From Candidatus Woesearchaeota archaeon (GTDB lineage: Archaea > Nanobdellota > Nanobdellia > Woesearchaeales > UBA9642): 56,169 nucleotides of DNA. Made by a program: the position numbers and the translations under genes. The notes under the pieces were generated by a model that was not told where the DNA came from, searched no databases, and saw nothing but the letters and a program-made list of their open reading frames with translations. Below, one piece after another: positions 9,348 to 18,773 of this stretch. Location of the stretch: assembly GCA_013330595.1 (NCBI GenBank), contig DUIB01000018.1, positions 1-56,169 of the forward strand. Direction: 5' to 3'. Each line of letters starts with the position of its first letter. The stretch's first letter is position 1.

Positions 9348-9652
9348 TCCATCAATTGTTCAATCTTTCCTGAGCTTCCGCAATAAAAGAATAAGCTTCC
9401 ATTGATCTTCATGATCTTTTTAGCTCTTTTCAATTGTTTTTGGGCTTTATGGATCCGATAAGAACATTTTACTTCATACAGGTCTGTTTTATCTTCCTTT
9501 ATTCCTGCTAGGTCAACTTGCCCAAGTGTTCTCTTGCTCTTGCCAATCTCATAATCTAGAATTAGATAATCATACCTGTGCTGAACCTTCTTATATAGCT
9601 CCAGAACATAGCGGTCATGCTTGTTTGGCTTGTTCAGTAGTATTTGCTTCAA
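9344..9652 (-). CDS. small PD-(D/E)xK-fold protein, YraN/UPF0102-like
   Basis: GQVDLAG ... DLYEVKCSYR matches the D...(D/E)xK pattern and the size (102 aa) of YraN-type endonucleases. Confidence 0.45.
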   Translation of the reverse strand: MKQILLNKPNKHDRYVLELYKKVQHRYDYLILDYEIGKSKRTLGQVDLAGIKEDKTDLYEVKCSYRIHKAQKQLKRAKKIMKINGSLFFYCGSSGKIEQLMD

Positions 9653-9983
9653 GATAAACTCTCTGTTTTACCTTGTAATTTTTCATGGAACAACTTATTT
9701 ATAAAGATTATGAATGAATTTATCGATGAGAAAATCTTTCGAATAAAAAGCTATAAAATGCCTTAATACTTATTTATCGCAAATCATATTAGAAAATCTT
9801 AATCATATAAGCAAATACTTTCATTAATTACAATAAATTTATCTTTTATCGATGATTTGCGTAAAAATTCGTTTTGTACGGGTATTGTCTTATCATATCT
9901 TAACAGACTTTTATTTTTCATAGTTTCTATATTATACTACTTGTTTATAAATTTATCTTTTTTAAAAGTTGTGTGTAAGAAGT

Positions 9984-10928
9984 CTACCATTCTGTTGGTT
10001 CTATTTCTAATTCGTGGTATGCTCTGCTTAATACTGTGAAATTGTAGCAGCACCATGTGATGTGGCTTTCTTGTTCTTTTGCTGTGTCTTTTTTGCAGTG
10101 TACTGTATCTCCAAATTTGCTTTTTTTAGCATGATTTGTTGATTCTACATTGCTTCTTGTATGATATTCTTTCTCGTATTCTTCGGGATTTTTTTCTGCG
10201 TATTTTAGCATGGTTTTCCATGCTAAATGTCCTTTTGGTTTTTTTGTTAATCCTTTTTTTAAATGAAATCTTGGTTTTCCACCGATACTTTCTACAGCTG
10301 TGCAATTTTCTCTCGATAAATATGTTCCATCTCCACTAACGATATTTACTTTGAAGTCTTTTTCTAATTTTTTCATATGCTCTCTGAATATTAGGTTATC
10401 TTTTCCTTTTTCTGTGAGAATGTTTATTGCTACAACAGGATGTAATTCGCATCCTGTTGTTATATGCACGTTTATATGATCTCTTTTTCTTGTTTCTTTA
10501 TTGCATCTAATACTATACCAGCTAGAATATGTTTTTGTTCTTTCTCCAGTTTTATTTGTGGCAAAATTTTTTTCCAGAAATCTTAATGGATTTGAAGTGT
10601 AACGTATAATTTCGTTTAGATATTTTTTTATTGATGAATTGTTAAGGTAATTGTCTAGTGTTTTGAATGATAGCGTGTTAAACTTTAGTTTAAATGCAAT
10701 TTTAACAGTCTTAATGATTCCTATGCTCCGACGTAAACTTTTGCCAAAGTATTGTTTTATGCTTAAATTCATCAGCACGTCATAGAGGCGTGCGGGTGGT
10801 GCGCCAATACCACGCCACAATGAATCATTCTTACACACAAAAAACGTAACTCTAGGGAGATATTCACAGAAAATGAATATCTCATTTTCTTGAGAAAGAT
10901 TATATTTGGATTCAGAGCGACACTTCAT
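9984..10928 (-). CDS. DDE transposase (IS4/IS5 superfamily)
   Basis: SGDGTYLSREN (second catalytic D region) and YHTRSNVESTNHAKK, which fits the Y-x2-R-x3-E-x6-K signature. The GC-richer segment around 10740-10830 contrasts with the host background. Confidence 0.8.
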   Translation of the reverse strand: MKCRSESKYNLSQENEIFIFCEYLPRVTFFVCKNDSLWRGIGAPPARLYDVLMNLSIKQYFGKSLRRSIGIIKTVKIAFKLKFNTLSFKTLDNYLNNSSIKKYLNEIIRYTSNPLRFLEKNFATNKTGERTKTYSSWYSIRCNKETRKRDHINVHITTGCELHPVVAINILTEKGKDNLIFREHMKKLEKDFKVNIVSGDGTYLSRENCTAVESIGGKPRFHLKKGLTKKPKGHLAWKTMLKYAEKNPEEYEKEYHTRSNVESTNHAKKSKFGDTVHCKKDTAKEQESHITWCCYNFTVLSRAYHELEIEPTEW

Positions 10929-11017
10929 AATAGCACCTATAAATACTGAACTAGTATTTGCTTTTTTCTATACTACAGAATATACATATTTAAATATAAG
11001 TAGCACCTATCAATAGT

Positions 11018-11164
11018 GTGTACATCACAAAAAAAAGATTCGGAAAGAGAACATATTATTATATCGTCGAAAACAAAAAAATCAACGGAAAACCAGTAAT
11101 GAAACATATTCTATACTTAGGAACAGCAGAAAAAATACTAAAAAAACTCACAAAAAGGAACTAA
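11018..11164 (+). pseudogene. 48-aa ORF fragment inside the IS, opposite strand, resembling a transposase N-terminus
   Basis: Translation is VYITKKRFGKRTYYYIVENKKINGKPVMKHILYLGTAEKILKKLTKRN. From memory, the YYY-VE...NGK...LYLG pattern is typical of N-termini of IS1634-like transposases. GTG start only, and the stop lies at the inner edge of the right IR. Confidence 0.3.
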
Positions 11165-11346
11165 TTCTTACACACAACTTTTTTTAAAATCCTTTTTTAA
11201 TATTCCTAAAGTTAGAAGCAGAGAGTATATGTGTTATGCATAGAGATGGTCATATATTTTAAACCGCTCGCATTTTTACTTCTTTATAAATAGAAGATGT
11301 TGCATTAGAAAAAGTTATAAATAAATACCTCTTTCACTATTATAAT

Positions 11347-12480
11347 ATGGATCTTCAAAAGCGATTTGAATTAATCAGACATAACACAGAAGAAATTATG
11401 ACAGAAAATGATTTAATGCTTCTATTAGAAAGTGGAATAAAGATTAAACACTACATCGGATTTGAAATTTCTGGAAAGATACACTTAGGAACTGGATTAA
11501 TGTGTATGTCTAAAGTTAAAGATTTTATGGATGCCGGAATTGATTGTTCGATTTTTCTTGCTGATTGGCACAGTTGGATAAATGAAAAACTTGGTGGAGA
11601 TAGAGAAATTATAAAGAGAGTTGCTGGAGGATATTTTAAAGAGGGACTAATAGCCAGTTTAAAATGTTTTGGAGGAGATCCTGAGAAATTACAATTTATT
11701 TTAGGTTCAGATATATATCACAATAATGATGATTATTGGGCAACCATGGTCGATATTAGCAAAAATACAACTCTTAGGAGAATGATGCGAAGCATTACTA
11801 TTTTAGGTAGGAAGGAGGGTGAATCTATTGACTTTGCCAAATTACTTTATCCCCCTATGCAAGTAGCAGATATTTTCATTCAAGGAATAAATCTGCCTCA
11901 TGCAGGACTTGATCAAAGAAAAGCTCAAGTAATAGCTAGAGAGGTTGCGTTAAAAATAAAAACTAAACCACTGCAGGACAAGCAAGGAAATAAAATGAAA
12001 CCCGTTGCTGTCCATCATCATCTGATTTTAGGATTAGGAAAACCTCCGGTTTGGCCTGTACCAAAAGATCAATTACAAGAATTGTGGTCTGCCCTAAAAA
12101 TGAGCAAATCAAAGCCAGATACATGTATTTTTATACATGATTCGGTTGAAGAAATTAAAAGAAAAATTAATCGAGCATTTTGTCTTGAAGGTGAAATAGA
12201 ATTTAATCCAATTCTCGACTGGATAAAATACCTTATTTTTAGAGATGCAAAATCAGTATTCGAGATTAATAGACCAGAAAAATTCGGTGGAAAGATTACT
12301 TATTCATCATATTCACAATTGGAGGAGGATTTTGTAAAAAAGAAACTTCATCCAGCAGATTTAAAAAATTCTGTAGCAGAAGAATTAATTAAAATCCTTG
12401 AGCCAGCAAGAAAACATTTTGAACAACCAAGGGTAAAAAAAATGCTTGAAGAATTAGAGATGCTAATTATCACACGATAA
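11347..12480 (+). CDS. tyrS: tyrosine--tRNA ligase (archaeal type)
   Basis: Class I motifs GKIHLGTG and KMSKSKP. The C-terminal RPEKFGGKITYSSYSQLEEDF...LHPADLKNSVAEELIKILEP is near-identical in pattern to the Methanocaldococcus TyrRS as remembered. TATA ttataaata lies about 25 nt upstream. Confidence 0.88.
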   Translation: MDLQKRFELIRHNTEEIMTENDLMLLLESGIKIKHYIGFEISGKIHLGTGLMCMSKVKDFMDAGIDCSIFLADWHSWINEKLGGDREIIKRVAGGYFKEGLIASLKCFGGDPEKLQFILGSDIYHNNDDYWATMVDISKNTTLRRMMRSITILGRKEGESIDFAKLLYPPMQVADIFIQGINLPHAGLDQRKAQVIAREVALKIKTKPLQDKQGNKMKPVAVHHHLILGLGKPPVWPVPKDQLQELWSALKMSKSKPDTCIFIHDSVEEIKRKINRAFCLEGEIEFNPILDWIKYLIFRDAKSVFEINRPEKFGGKITYSSYSQLEEDFVKKKLHPADLKNSVAEELIKILEPARKHFEQPRVKKMLEELEMLIITR

Positions 12481-12491
12481 GGATTAATAAT

Positions 12492-13517
12492 TTAATTATC
12501 CTTGAAACAAAATGGATCATCTCCCCATATATCTTTATTGAAATTTAATGCTCGTGCCCTGCAGCCCCCGCACAAAAATCTAATCTCACAATTAGAACAT
12601 TTTTTACTAAAGACTCTTGACATTTGTATATTTAAAAAATCAGTTCTGTTTTTTGAAGAAAGTATTTCATTCAATCTATTGGTTTTGAGGCTTCCAAATA
12701 CAAAATCCAAAAAAGAACATGGTTTCACATCCCCTAAAGGAGATATATAAATCATATTAATTCCTGCTGAGCAACCACCGATGATATTCATAGTAGGATA
12801 TTTGTCCCTTAATTCTTCTATTCTTTCTTTGTTCAACCAAAGTGATATAGGGTCTTGACAATAGAGTTTGATATTGATGACTCCTTTCTGAATAGATATC
12901 ACGTTTTGTAAAAATTCTTTGTATTCTGTTTTAGTTAAAGAAAAATCGAACTCTCTGCCTCGCCCTGAAGGTAGCACAGCGCGAGTCATAACATCATAAA
13001 CACCAATTTGCTCGCATAGTTTCATCACCTCCTCGAAGTCTCTGAAATTAAAATTTGTCGCAGTGAATTCTATATGAGTTTTTATTCCATATTTCTTTAA
13101 CAATTTTATATTTTCAATTACTTTCTCGAAAGCGCCTTCTTTATTTCTTAATTTGTCATGATTTTTTTTGAGACCATCAATACCTGTTCCAATATAATCT
13201 ACACCTAGGTCCTTAATTTTTTGTATTTTTTCTCTATTTAACAAGAGGATATTTGACTGGATTCTTAAAATGAAGCCATTCTTTTTGACTAATCTAATTA
13301 AATCAAAGATATCCTCTCTAAGGAAAGGTTCACCTCCAGAAAATGTAATTGTTTTAATATTCAATTCCCTTGAACTTTTAATAATTTCTTTTATTTGATT
13401 AATAGACAGTTGTGATTTTTTATCAAAACCACTTGCTCTACAATGTAAGCAATTTAAATTACAAGAAGAAATCAAATCCATTAACAAATAATCGACTTTA
13501 GGTAAGTAATTTTTCAT
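12492..13517 (-). CDS. radical SAM / SPASM-domain protein
   Basis: CNLNCLHC (CxxxCxxC), FSGGEPFL, and a C-terminal Cys-rich CSFL...CSNCEIRFLCGGCRARA. Start trimmed to the ATG at 13517, 1 nt after the archease stop codon. Confidence 0.85.
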   Translation of the reverse strand: MKNYLPKVDYLLMDLISSCNLNCLHCRASGFDKKSQLSINQIKEIIKSSRELNIKTITFSGGEPFLREDIFDLIRLVKKNGFILRIQSNILLLNREKIQKIKDLGVDYIGTGIDGLKKNHDKLRNKEGAFEKVIENIKLLKKYGIKTHIEFTATNFNFRDFEEVMKLCEQIGVYDVMTRAVLPSGRGREFDFSLTKTEYKEFLQNVISIQKGVINIKLYCQDPISLWLNKERIEELRDKYPTMNIIGGCSAGINMIYISPLGDVKPCSFLDFVFGSLKTNRLNEILSSKNRTDFLNIQMSRVFSKKCSNCEIRFLCGGCRARALNFNKDIWGDDPFCFKDN

Positions 13518-13518
13518 T

Positions 13519-13953
13519 TCAAAGATCAACAACAACTTGGCATTCCCACAAGCCTTCATCATTCTGCTTGACATGCATCTCATTGTACGTGACGGCTTTG
13601 ACTTCTCCTGAGCTTTCAAAGTTGATGCTTAAGCTTCCTTTTAAGACAGCTTTTAGTTTATATCCGCCTTCTAATTCTTTTATTTTGATATTTTCAACAA
13701 GCCCGACAAATGATTCAGCAGACAACAAGAATATAGACTCTTCAAGAAAATTGTATAATAATGATTCTAGATTAGTTCCTTCAACAACCAATTCTCTCAT
13801 CTCTTTATCAAACTCATAATCTTCAATCTCGCTGATCTTAAACACAATACTGTTCATTGCCTCTAGAGCATTTGAGAATGATTCCTCTAATGTATATCCG
13901 AAAGCCTTGAACTTTGCATCTGCTGTCTTATCAAAAAACTCGTATTTGTGCAT
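13519..13953 (-). CDS. archease (RtcB cofactor family)
   Basis: N-terminal YEFFDKTADAKFKAFG, a C-terminal KAVTYNEMHV-type strand, and a size of 144 aa. Confidence 0.85.
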   Translation of the reverse strand: MHKYEFFDKTADAKFKAFGYTLEESFSNALEAMNSIVFKISEIEDYEFDKEMRELVVEGTNLESLLYNFLEESIFLLSAESFVGLVENIKIKELEGGYKLKAVLKGSLSINFESSGEVKAVTYNEMHVKQNDEGLWECQVVVDL

Positions 13954-13985
13954 AAAAGAACGATGTCATCAACACTATATAAAGT

Positions 13986-14501
13986 TTAATATTTCTTCAA
14001 CAGATCACTAATTGAAGCGCCTATGCTTGCCGGTCCAGATATGATTATAATAAGCTTGTAGTAATGATTTAGGCTATCAACAAGGTAGATCAATCCGAAG
14101 ACATATGCAATCATGAAGCTCACTATTAATGCAACAAAATAGAATGCCAGTAATCTTTTTATCCAGAACTGCCCGAATTTCCTATTCTGCTTATCAGCAA
14201 CCCTGCTGTATCCAATGAAATATATCTCAGCAGTCAATAATATCATAATAAAAAGAAACACCATATATAGATGATTATCAGGAATTTTATTGGCTATATT
14301 TATAATATTTCCAGAAAATGCAACACTAAAAGCCAAAAACAATGATCCCATGAATGCTCTTAGAACATCCTTTCTGCTAAAATGTTCAGGAGTCTTGTCT
14401 ATCAATTCCTGCTTGATCTTTTCTACATCTCTCTTGATTACATCATCTTCATTCTTTAAATCATCAATTTCTCTCTCCACTCTTGAAATCCTATGATGCA
14501 T
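13986..14501 (-). CDS. membrane protein with N-terminal coiled-coil segment
   Basis: Four hydrophobic segments follow a charged helix. Start trimmed to the ATG at 14501 to avoid overlap with the phosphorylase; the track start is 14525. Confidence 0.55.
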   Translation of the reverse strand: MHHRISRVEREIDDLKNEDDVIKRDVEKIKQELIDKTPEHFSRKDVLRAFMGSLFLAFSVAFSGNIINIANKIPDNHLYMVFLFIMILLTAEIYFIGYSRVADKQNRKFGQFWIKRLLAFYFVALIVSFMIAYVFGLIYLVDSLNHYYKLIIIISGPASIGASISDLLKKY

Positions 14502-14502
14502 C

Positions 14503-16218
14503 TTAATCAATATAGGCATTTGCAATATACTGTTGAGCCATTCTCATTGTATTGAAAAAGCTTCCATTTATTGCAATGCAATGCCTCATTATGTCAGTCC
14601 ATTTTTCCCTATTACCATAAAATATTGGTATTATCTGCTCTAGCTTAAAATAAAGATCATTTGCTTCATCATTAATGTCAGAGTCAATCTTAAATCCGGG
14701 ATCCTGTGGATGAGGTCCTATGCTCCATCCTGTAACATTTTCAATACATCCTTCAATCCACCAACCGTCTAGAGTTGAGAATTGCGGAACTCCATTCAAT
14801 GCTGCTTTCATTCCAGAGGTTCCTGATGCTTCATAAGGCCTTTGAGGAGTATTAAGCCAGATATCACATCCAGCTACCATAAGTTTTGCAATCCTCATAT
14901 CATAATTTTCTAAGAATACAATCTTTATTTTACAATCTTCACTATTTATTTTATTAGCAATTTCTATAGTTCTTTGGATTAATCTTTTTCCAGTATTATC
15001 CTGGCTGTGAGCTTTTCCTGCAAACACAATCTGGATATCGCCAACCTTTTCTGCTATATCTTTTAATTTCGCAATATTAGATAAAAGCATTTCAGGCCTT
15101 TTATATTCTGTGAATCTCCTGCCATAACCAATAGTGAATCTTGCTGGATGAAAATCCATTGATTTTATCTCATCAATAAGCTGTTTTTTTGCCTCAATAT
15201 GTGCATCCCATAATCTTTCTTTTGGGATAGATAATGCATATCTCAATGAAAATGGATCAACAACCCATCCAGGGATATATTCATCAAATAGATTCTTAAA
15301 AGATGGTGAGATCCAGGATAAATGATGTATGCCGTTAGTAATAGAGTCGATGCTATAGTTCGGGAACATCTCTCTTGTTATTTCACCATGCCTCTTTGCA
15401 ACACCATTAATGTATTTGCTTAAATTCAGTCCGAGCAATGTCATGCTGAATTGATCATTATCAAGGCATTTCTGAAATATGAATTCTGGAACATAATCAT
15501 GCATTAATCTTTTGAATAATGCTATATCAAAATGATCATGGCCTGCTGCCACAGGGGTGTGTGTAGTAAAAATGCATTTGTCTCTTATTGATTCGACATC
15601 ATAAGTATTTTCTGCATAATCACTATTATCAGTGAAGGTTTTTCTTAATAATTCTATTGTCAATAAAGCTGCATGACCTTCATTCATGTGATATTTCTTA
15701 ATTGTATTGTAACCGAGGCTTTCAAGCATCCTGGTGCCACCGACTCCTAGAATGACTTCTTGGCATAACCTGTAAGCTCTGTCTCCTCCATAAAGAAAAC
15801 TTGTTAATGATTTATCATAATCAGAATTCCCATTAACATTGGTATCAAGGAAAAAAACAGGGATATTATGTCCTGAACTACCTCTAATCATATGTTTCCA
15901 AGCATTTATTTTTACTTCCCTGCCTTCTATTGTTACACTAACTTGATTAGGTATAGGAACAAGAAAATCATTAATATTCCATTCTGTAGGCTCTTCGATT
16001 TGCGAGTTGTTAATTATTCTTTGCTTAAAATAACCTTTTTCATTCAATAATGTTACGCCGACAATAGGGATCTTAAGATCTGCATAAGCTTTTAACAAAT
16101 CACCTGCTAATATTCCTAGACCTCCTGCATATGTTGGAATATTATGGCTTATACCTATTTCCATTGAGAAATATGCAATGTGCTCTTTATCAAAATGCCT
16201 GTCATTATAATTGTTCAT
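14503..16218 (-). CDS. glgP: alpha-glucan (glycogen/maltodextrin) phosphorylase, GT35
   Basis: YFSMEIG...PTYAGGLGILAGD near the N-terminus and the EASGTSGMKAALNG pyridoxal-phosphate lysine region. Confidence 0.9.
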   Translation of the reverse strand: MNNYNDRHFDKEHIAYFSMEIGISHNIPTYAGGLGILAGDLLKAYADLKIPIVGVTLLNEKGYFKQRIINNSQIEEPTEWNINDFLVPIPNQVSVTIEGREVKINAWKHMIRGSSGHNIPVFFLDTNVNGNSDYDKSLTSFLYGGDRAYRLCQEVILGVGGTRMLESLGYNTIKKYHMNEGHAALLTIELLRKTFTDNSDYAENTYDVESIRDKCIFTTHTPVAAGHDHFDIALFKRLMHDYVPEFIFQKCLDNDQFSMTLLGLNLSKYINGVAKRHGEITREMFPNYSIDSITNGIHHLSWISPSFKNLFDEYIPGWVVDPFSLRYALSIPKERLWDAHIEAKKQLIDEIKSMDFHPARFTIGYGRRFTEYKRPEMLLSNIAKLKDIAEKVGDIQIVFAGKAHSQDNTGKRLIQRTIEIANKINSEDCKIKIVFLENYDMRIAKLMVAGCDIWLNTPQRPYEASGTSGMKAALNGVPQFSTLDGWWIEGCIENVTGWSIGPHPQDPGFKIDSDINDEANDLYFKLEQIIPIFYGNREKWTDIMRHCIAINGSFFNTMRMAQQYIANAYID

Positions 16219-16272
16219 ATTATTCTTATAATGCTGTTATTTAAAAAATTGATATTTATCTAGAAAGTAGTG

Positions 16273-16290
16273 AATGGCCCAGCCAGATTC
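16273..16290 (-). repeat. partial direct copy of the 3' end of the adjacent tRNA
   Basis: aatggcccagccagattc matches aatgggcccagccagattc at 16356-16374 with one G deleted. It lies 67 nt downstream of the tRNA 3' end. Confidence 0.7.
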
Positions 16291-16357
16291 TCCTGTGCCT
16301 TTTTAAAAAAGCTACACCAAAAAAGGCCGTAAACGGCAAAAGACAAAAAAAATGTAA

Positions 16358-16445
16358 TGGGCCCAGCCAGATTCGAACTGGCGGCCTCCTCCATTTTGAG
16401 TCAATGCTCGTCAAGGAGACGTCATAACCACTAGACCATGAGCCC
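16358..16445 (-). tRNA. tRNA-Val (anticodon GAC) with a 15-nt intron at the canonical 37/38 position
   Basis: Hand-folded cloverleaf: acceptor GGGCTCA/TGGGCCC, D-arm GTCT-AGTGGTTA-TGAC, anticodon stem TCTCC/GGAGG, T-arm GCCAG-TTCGAAT-CTGGC, discriminator A. Intron is at 16394-16408. A BHB-like arrangement is present: helix UUGA/UCAA flanked by 3-nt bulges CGA and AAU. Confidence 0.75.
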
Positions 16446-16501
16446 TCATTGATCTTTGGGGCAAATATAAATTTATAAATATTCTCATTTACCTGAGCAA
16501 T

Positions 16502-17014
16502 ATGGAAGGATATTATGATTCAATAGCTTCTGGATATGATGAATTGCATGAAGAGGAACAACTAAAGAAGCTTGCACTGATAAAAAAGGCCATTGATGAA
16601 GATAAAAGATTAGCTGATTTCAAGAATCCCAAGAGATTATTGGATGTAGGATGCGGTTCAGGCATATCTACACGATTCTTTCAGGCAAAAAATAGGACAG
16701 GCATTGATCCAAGCAAGGAATTAATTAAGATTGCAAAAAAGAATGATCCTAAAGGAAAATACATAATATCAGATGCAGAAACCATGCCTTTTAATAAAAA
16801 AGAATTCGACATAGTCATTTCATTGACTGCAATACAGAGTTTCTCAAATATAAGTAAGGCACTTAAAAAAATTCATGAATCAGGAGACAGATTCATCTTA
16901 ACATTTCTTAAAAAATCTCTGAAAAGAAAAGTGATTGAAAATTTGGTCGAGAAAGAATTTCAGATCATTAAAAAGATTGAAGAATATAGGGATATGATAT
17001 ATTTCTGTTATTGA
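16502..17014 (+). CDS. class I SAM-dependent methyltransferase
   Basis: Motif I LLDVGCGSGIST, plus the acidic post-I and FDIVIS motifs. TATA tttataaata lies about 25 nt upstream. Confidence 0.8.
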   Translation: MEGYYDSIASGYDELHEEEQLKKLALIKKAIDEDKRLADFKNPKRLLDVGCGSGISTRFFQAKNRTGIDPSKELIKIAKKNDPKGKYIISDAETMPFNKKEFDIVISLTAIQSFSNISKALKKIHESGDRFILTFLKKSLKRKVIENLVEKEFQIIKKIEEYRDMIYFCY

Positions 17015-17021
17015 AGAAATC

Positions 17022-18773
17022 TTATTCTCCATGATGTTTTAAGATATTCTCTGCAACAACTGCAAATGCGGGCCTTGTGATGAACACTCCTATAGAGATT
17101 CCGATGATTGTTGTTATTGCAAATCCTTTAAGCAATCCTGCTCCAGCAAACATTAATGGAATCATTGCAACAACCAATGTAAAATAGCTAGCCATTACAA
17201 TGAAGAATGCATTCTTAATTTTATCCTTAAATCCTAGTGTAACTGACTCATTCCTATATTTTCCGGATATCTCATCTATGATAACTAATTGGCTGTCAAC
17301 ACCTGTTCCTATGGCAATAATTATTGCTGCAATTGCAATCAGATCTATGTTCCAGCCAATAAGAGCAGCAACTCCCAATAGTATAATCATTTCTGAACAC
17401 AATGTTATGGCAATAGGAATCGATACTACAAGCCTTTTATATCTAATAATTATTGTTGTGATAACTAATATCATAGCAATTAATCCTACAAATAAAGTAT
17501 TGTTGATGAATTCATTGCCTAATGCAGGGCTGATATTGTCTGTTTTCACGACACTTAATTTTACAGGCAATGATCCAGTTATGAGGATTGTTTGAAGTCT
17601 TTTCATGTTAGCATTAGCTTCAATCAATGCCTCTTGTTCTGTTAATCCGACACCTGAACCTGAAATACTGATATCTGTCTCTGCTCTTCCCTTAAGGCTT
17701 TCCCCTATTCTTAAAGTATCGACAAGCTGATCATCAAGATAAAGATCTAAAGGTTTTTCAAGGAATCCTTCGCCATTCTCAATGATTATCTGCATATCTT
17801 TTGTTAATTCTGCATGCCTCTCAGCTGATTCAGTGCTTAAAGTGATTGCAAACATAAACCTGCATGCATATCCATCTGTAATCTTATTGCATCTCTCTAT
17901 TCTGGAGCAATCAGCAGACTTGCATACTCTTCTAATATCCTGTCCTCCTCTAAATACAGAGTCATTGCCTATTTTCCCTTCAAATTTCCCTTGCTTTGCT
18001 ATTAAGTCTTTTACTTCCTCATCAGAAGCACCGGCAATCTCAACAAGAATAAATGTCTCGCCAGAAAGGTCAGATGTTGATTTCACAACAATATCACTTA
18101 ACCCATAAACATTAAGCCTTTGCTTCATATTCTCAATTAAAGTATCAACCTCTGTCTTGTTGATTTGTTCTTCTGGCTTCAACAATACTCTTGTCCCACC
18201 TTGAAGGTCAAGGCCTTTTCTAATATTTGTTGTTGGAGCATCATAAACCTTTAATCCAATATTCTCAATTCCGACTTCTCTTGTTAATGTTTTATTGACT
18301 ATTCTCTGCCTTGTGACATTTATTGTTTCATTAGATGTCTCATTGAAATAGCTTTCAGTGTAAAGCTCAAAAATCGTCTCATTAAGATTGATTATTTCAT
18401 ATTTTGATTTTACTATGACTCTATAAATATCCCTATTTGTCTTTATTGTTATTGTTGTATTGGCTAATAATTTTGATATGTAAGAATTATAATCATTAAT
18501 ATTTAGTATAGGCTGATTATTAATAGATTGAATGACTTCTCTGCTCATAGGCGCAGCATTAGGCTTAGGACTGGTAAAGCCTGCTTGATATGTAGGAGAG
18601 TCCTTAATGACGCTTCTTATTGCAACGCCAGAAGCCCAGGGGTTTGGATGGATTGAGATTATGGCAAAAACTAAGCAGATTATCAATATCCAGATTCTCC
18701 AGTTCCTGAATAATTTTTTTATATCCATTTTAATTGAAATTTTATTGAAGTTATTTCCAGCCTTTTTTCTCAA
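17022..18773 (-). CDS. secD: protein-export membrane protein SecD
   Basis: N-terminal TM, a large extracytoplasmic domain and a C-terminal six-TM block with IGTGVDSQLVIIDE. An alternative start at 18728 (MDIKKLF) would remove the overlap with secF. Confidence 0.85.
   Translation of the reverse strand: MRKKAGNNFNKISIKMDIKKLFRNWRIWILIICLVFAIISIHPNPWASGVAIRSVIKDSPTYQAGFTSPKPNAAPMSREVIQSINNQPILNINDYNSYISKLLANTTITIKTNRDIYRVIVKSKYEIINLNETIFELYTESYFNETSNETINVTRQRIVNKTLTREVGIENIGLKVYDAPTTNIRKGLDLQGGTRVLLKPEEQINKTEVDTLIENMKQRLNVYGLSDIVVKSTSDLSGETFILVEIAGASDEEVKDLIAKQGKFEGKIGNDSVFRGGQDIRRVCKSADCSRIERCNKITDGYACRFMFAITLSTESAERHAELTKDMQIIIENGEGFLEKPLDLYLDDQLVDTLRIGESLKGRAETDISISGSGVGLTEQEALIEANANMKRLQTILITGSLPVKLSVVKTDNISPALGNEFINNTLFVGLIAMILVITTIIIRYKRLVVSIPIAITLCSEMIILLGVAALIGWNIDLIAIAAIIIAIGTGVDSQLVIIDEISGKYRNESVTLGFKDKIKNAFFIVMASYFTLVVAMIPLMFAGAGLLKGFAITTIIGISIGVFITRPAFAVVAENILKHHGE

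Larger units (their letters stand above)
9964..11182 (-). mobile_element. Insertion sequence, IS4/IS5-superfamily DDE transposase, about 1.2 kb
   Basis: Perfect 18-bp terminal inverted repeat aaaagttgtgtgtaagaa 9964-9981 / ttcttacacacaactttt 11165-11182. Alternative reading: a 14-bp IR (9968-9981 / 11165-11178) flanked by a 10-bp direct repeat ttttttaaaa (9958-9967 and 11180-11189). Encloses the transposase ORF. Confidence 0.75.

Noticed and set aside
16273-16290. A split tRNA 3'-half gene, as in Nanoarchaeum
   Set aside because: The sequence upstream of the fragment on the tRNA strand cannot form a T-arm or a leader complementary to a 5' half. It is only an 18-nt copy of the neighbouring tRNA's end.
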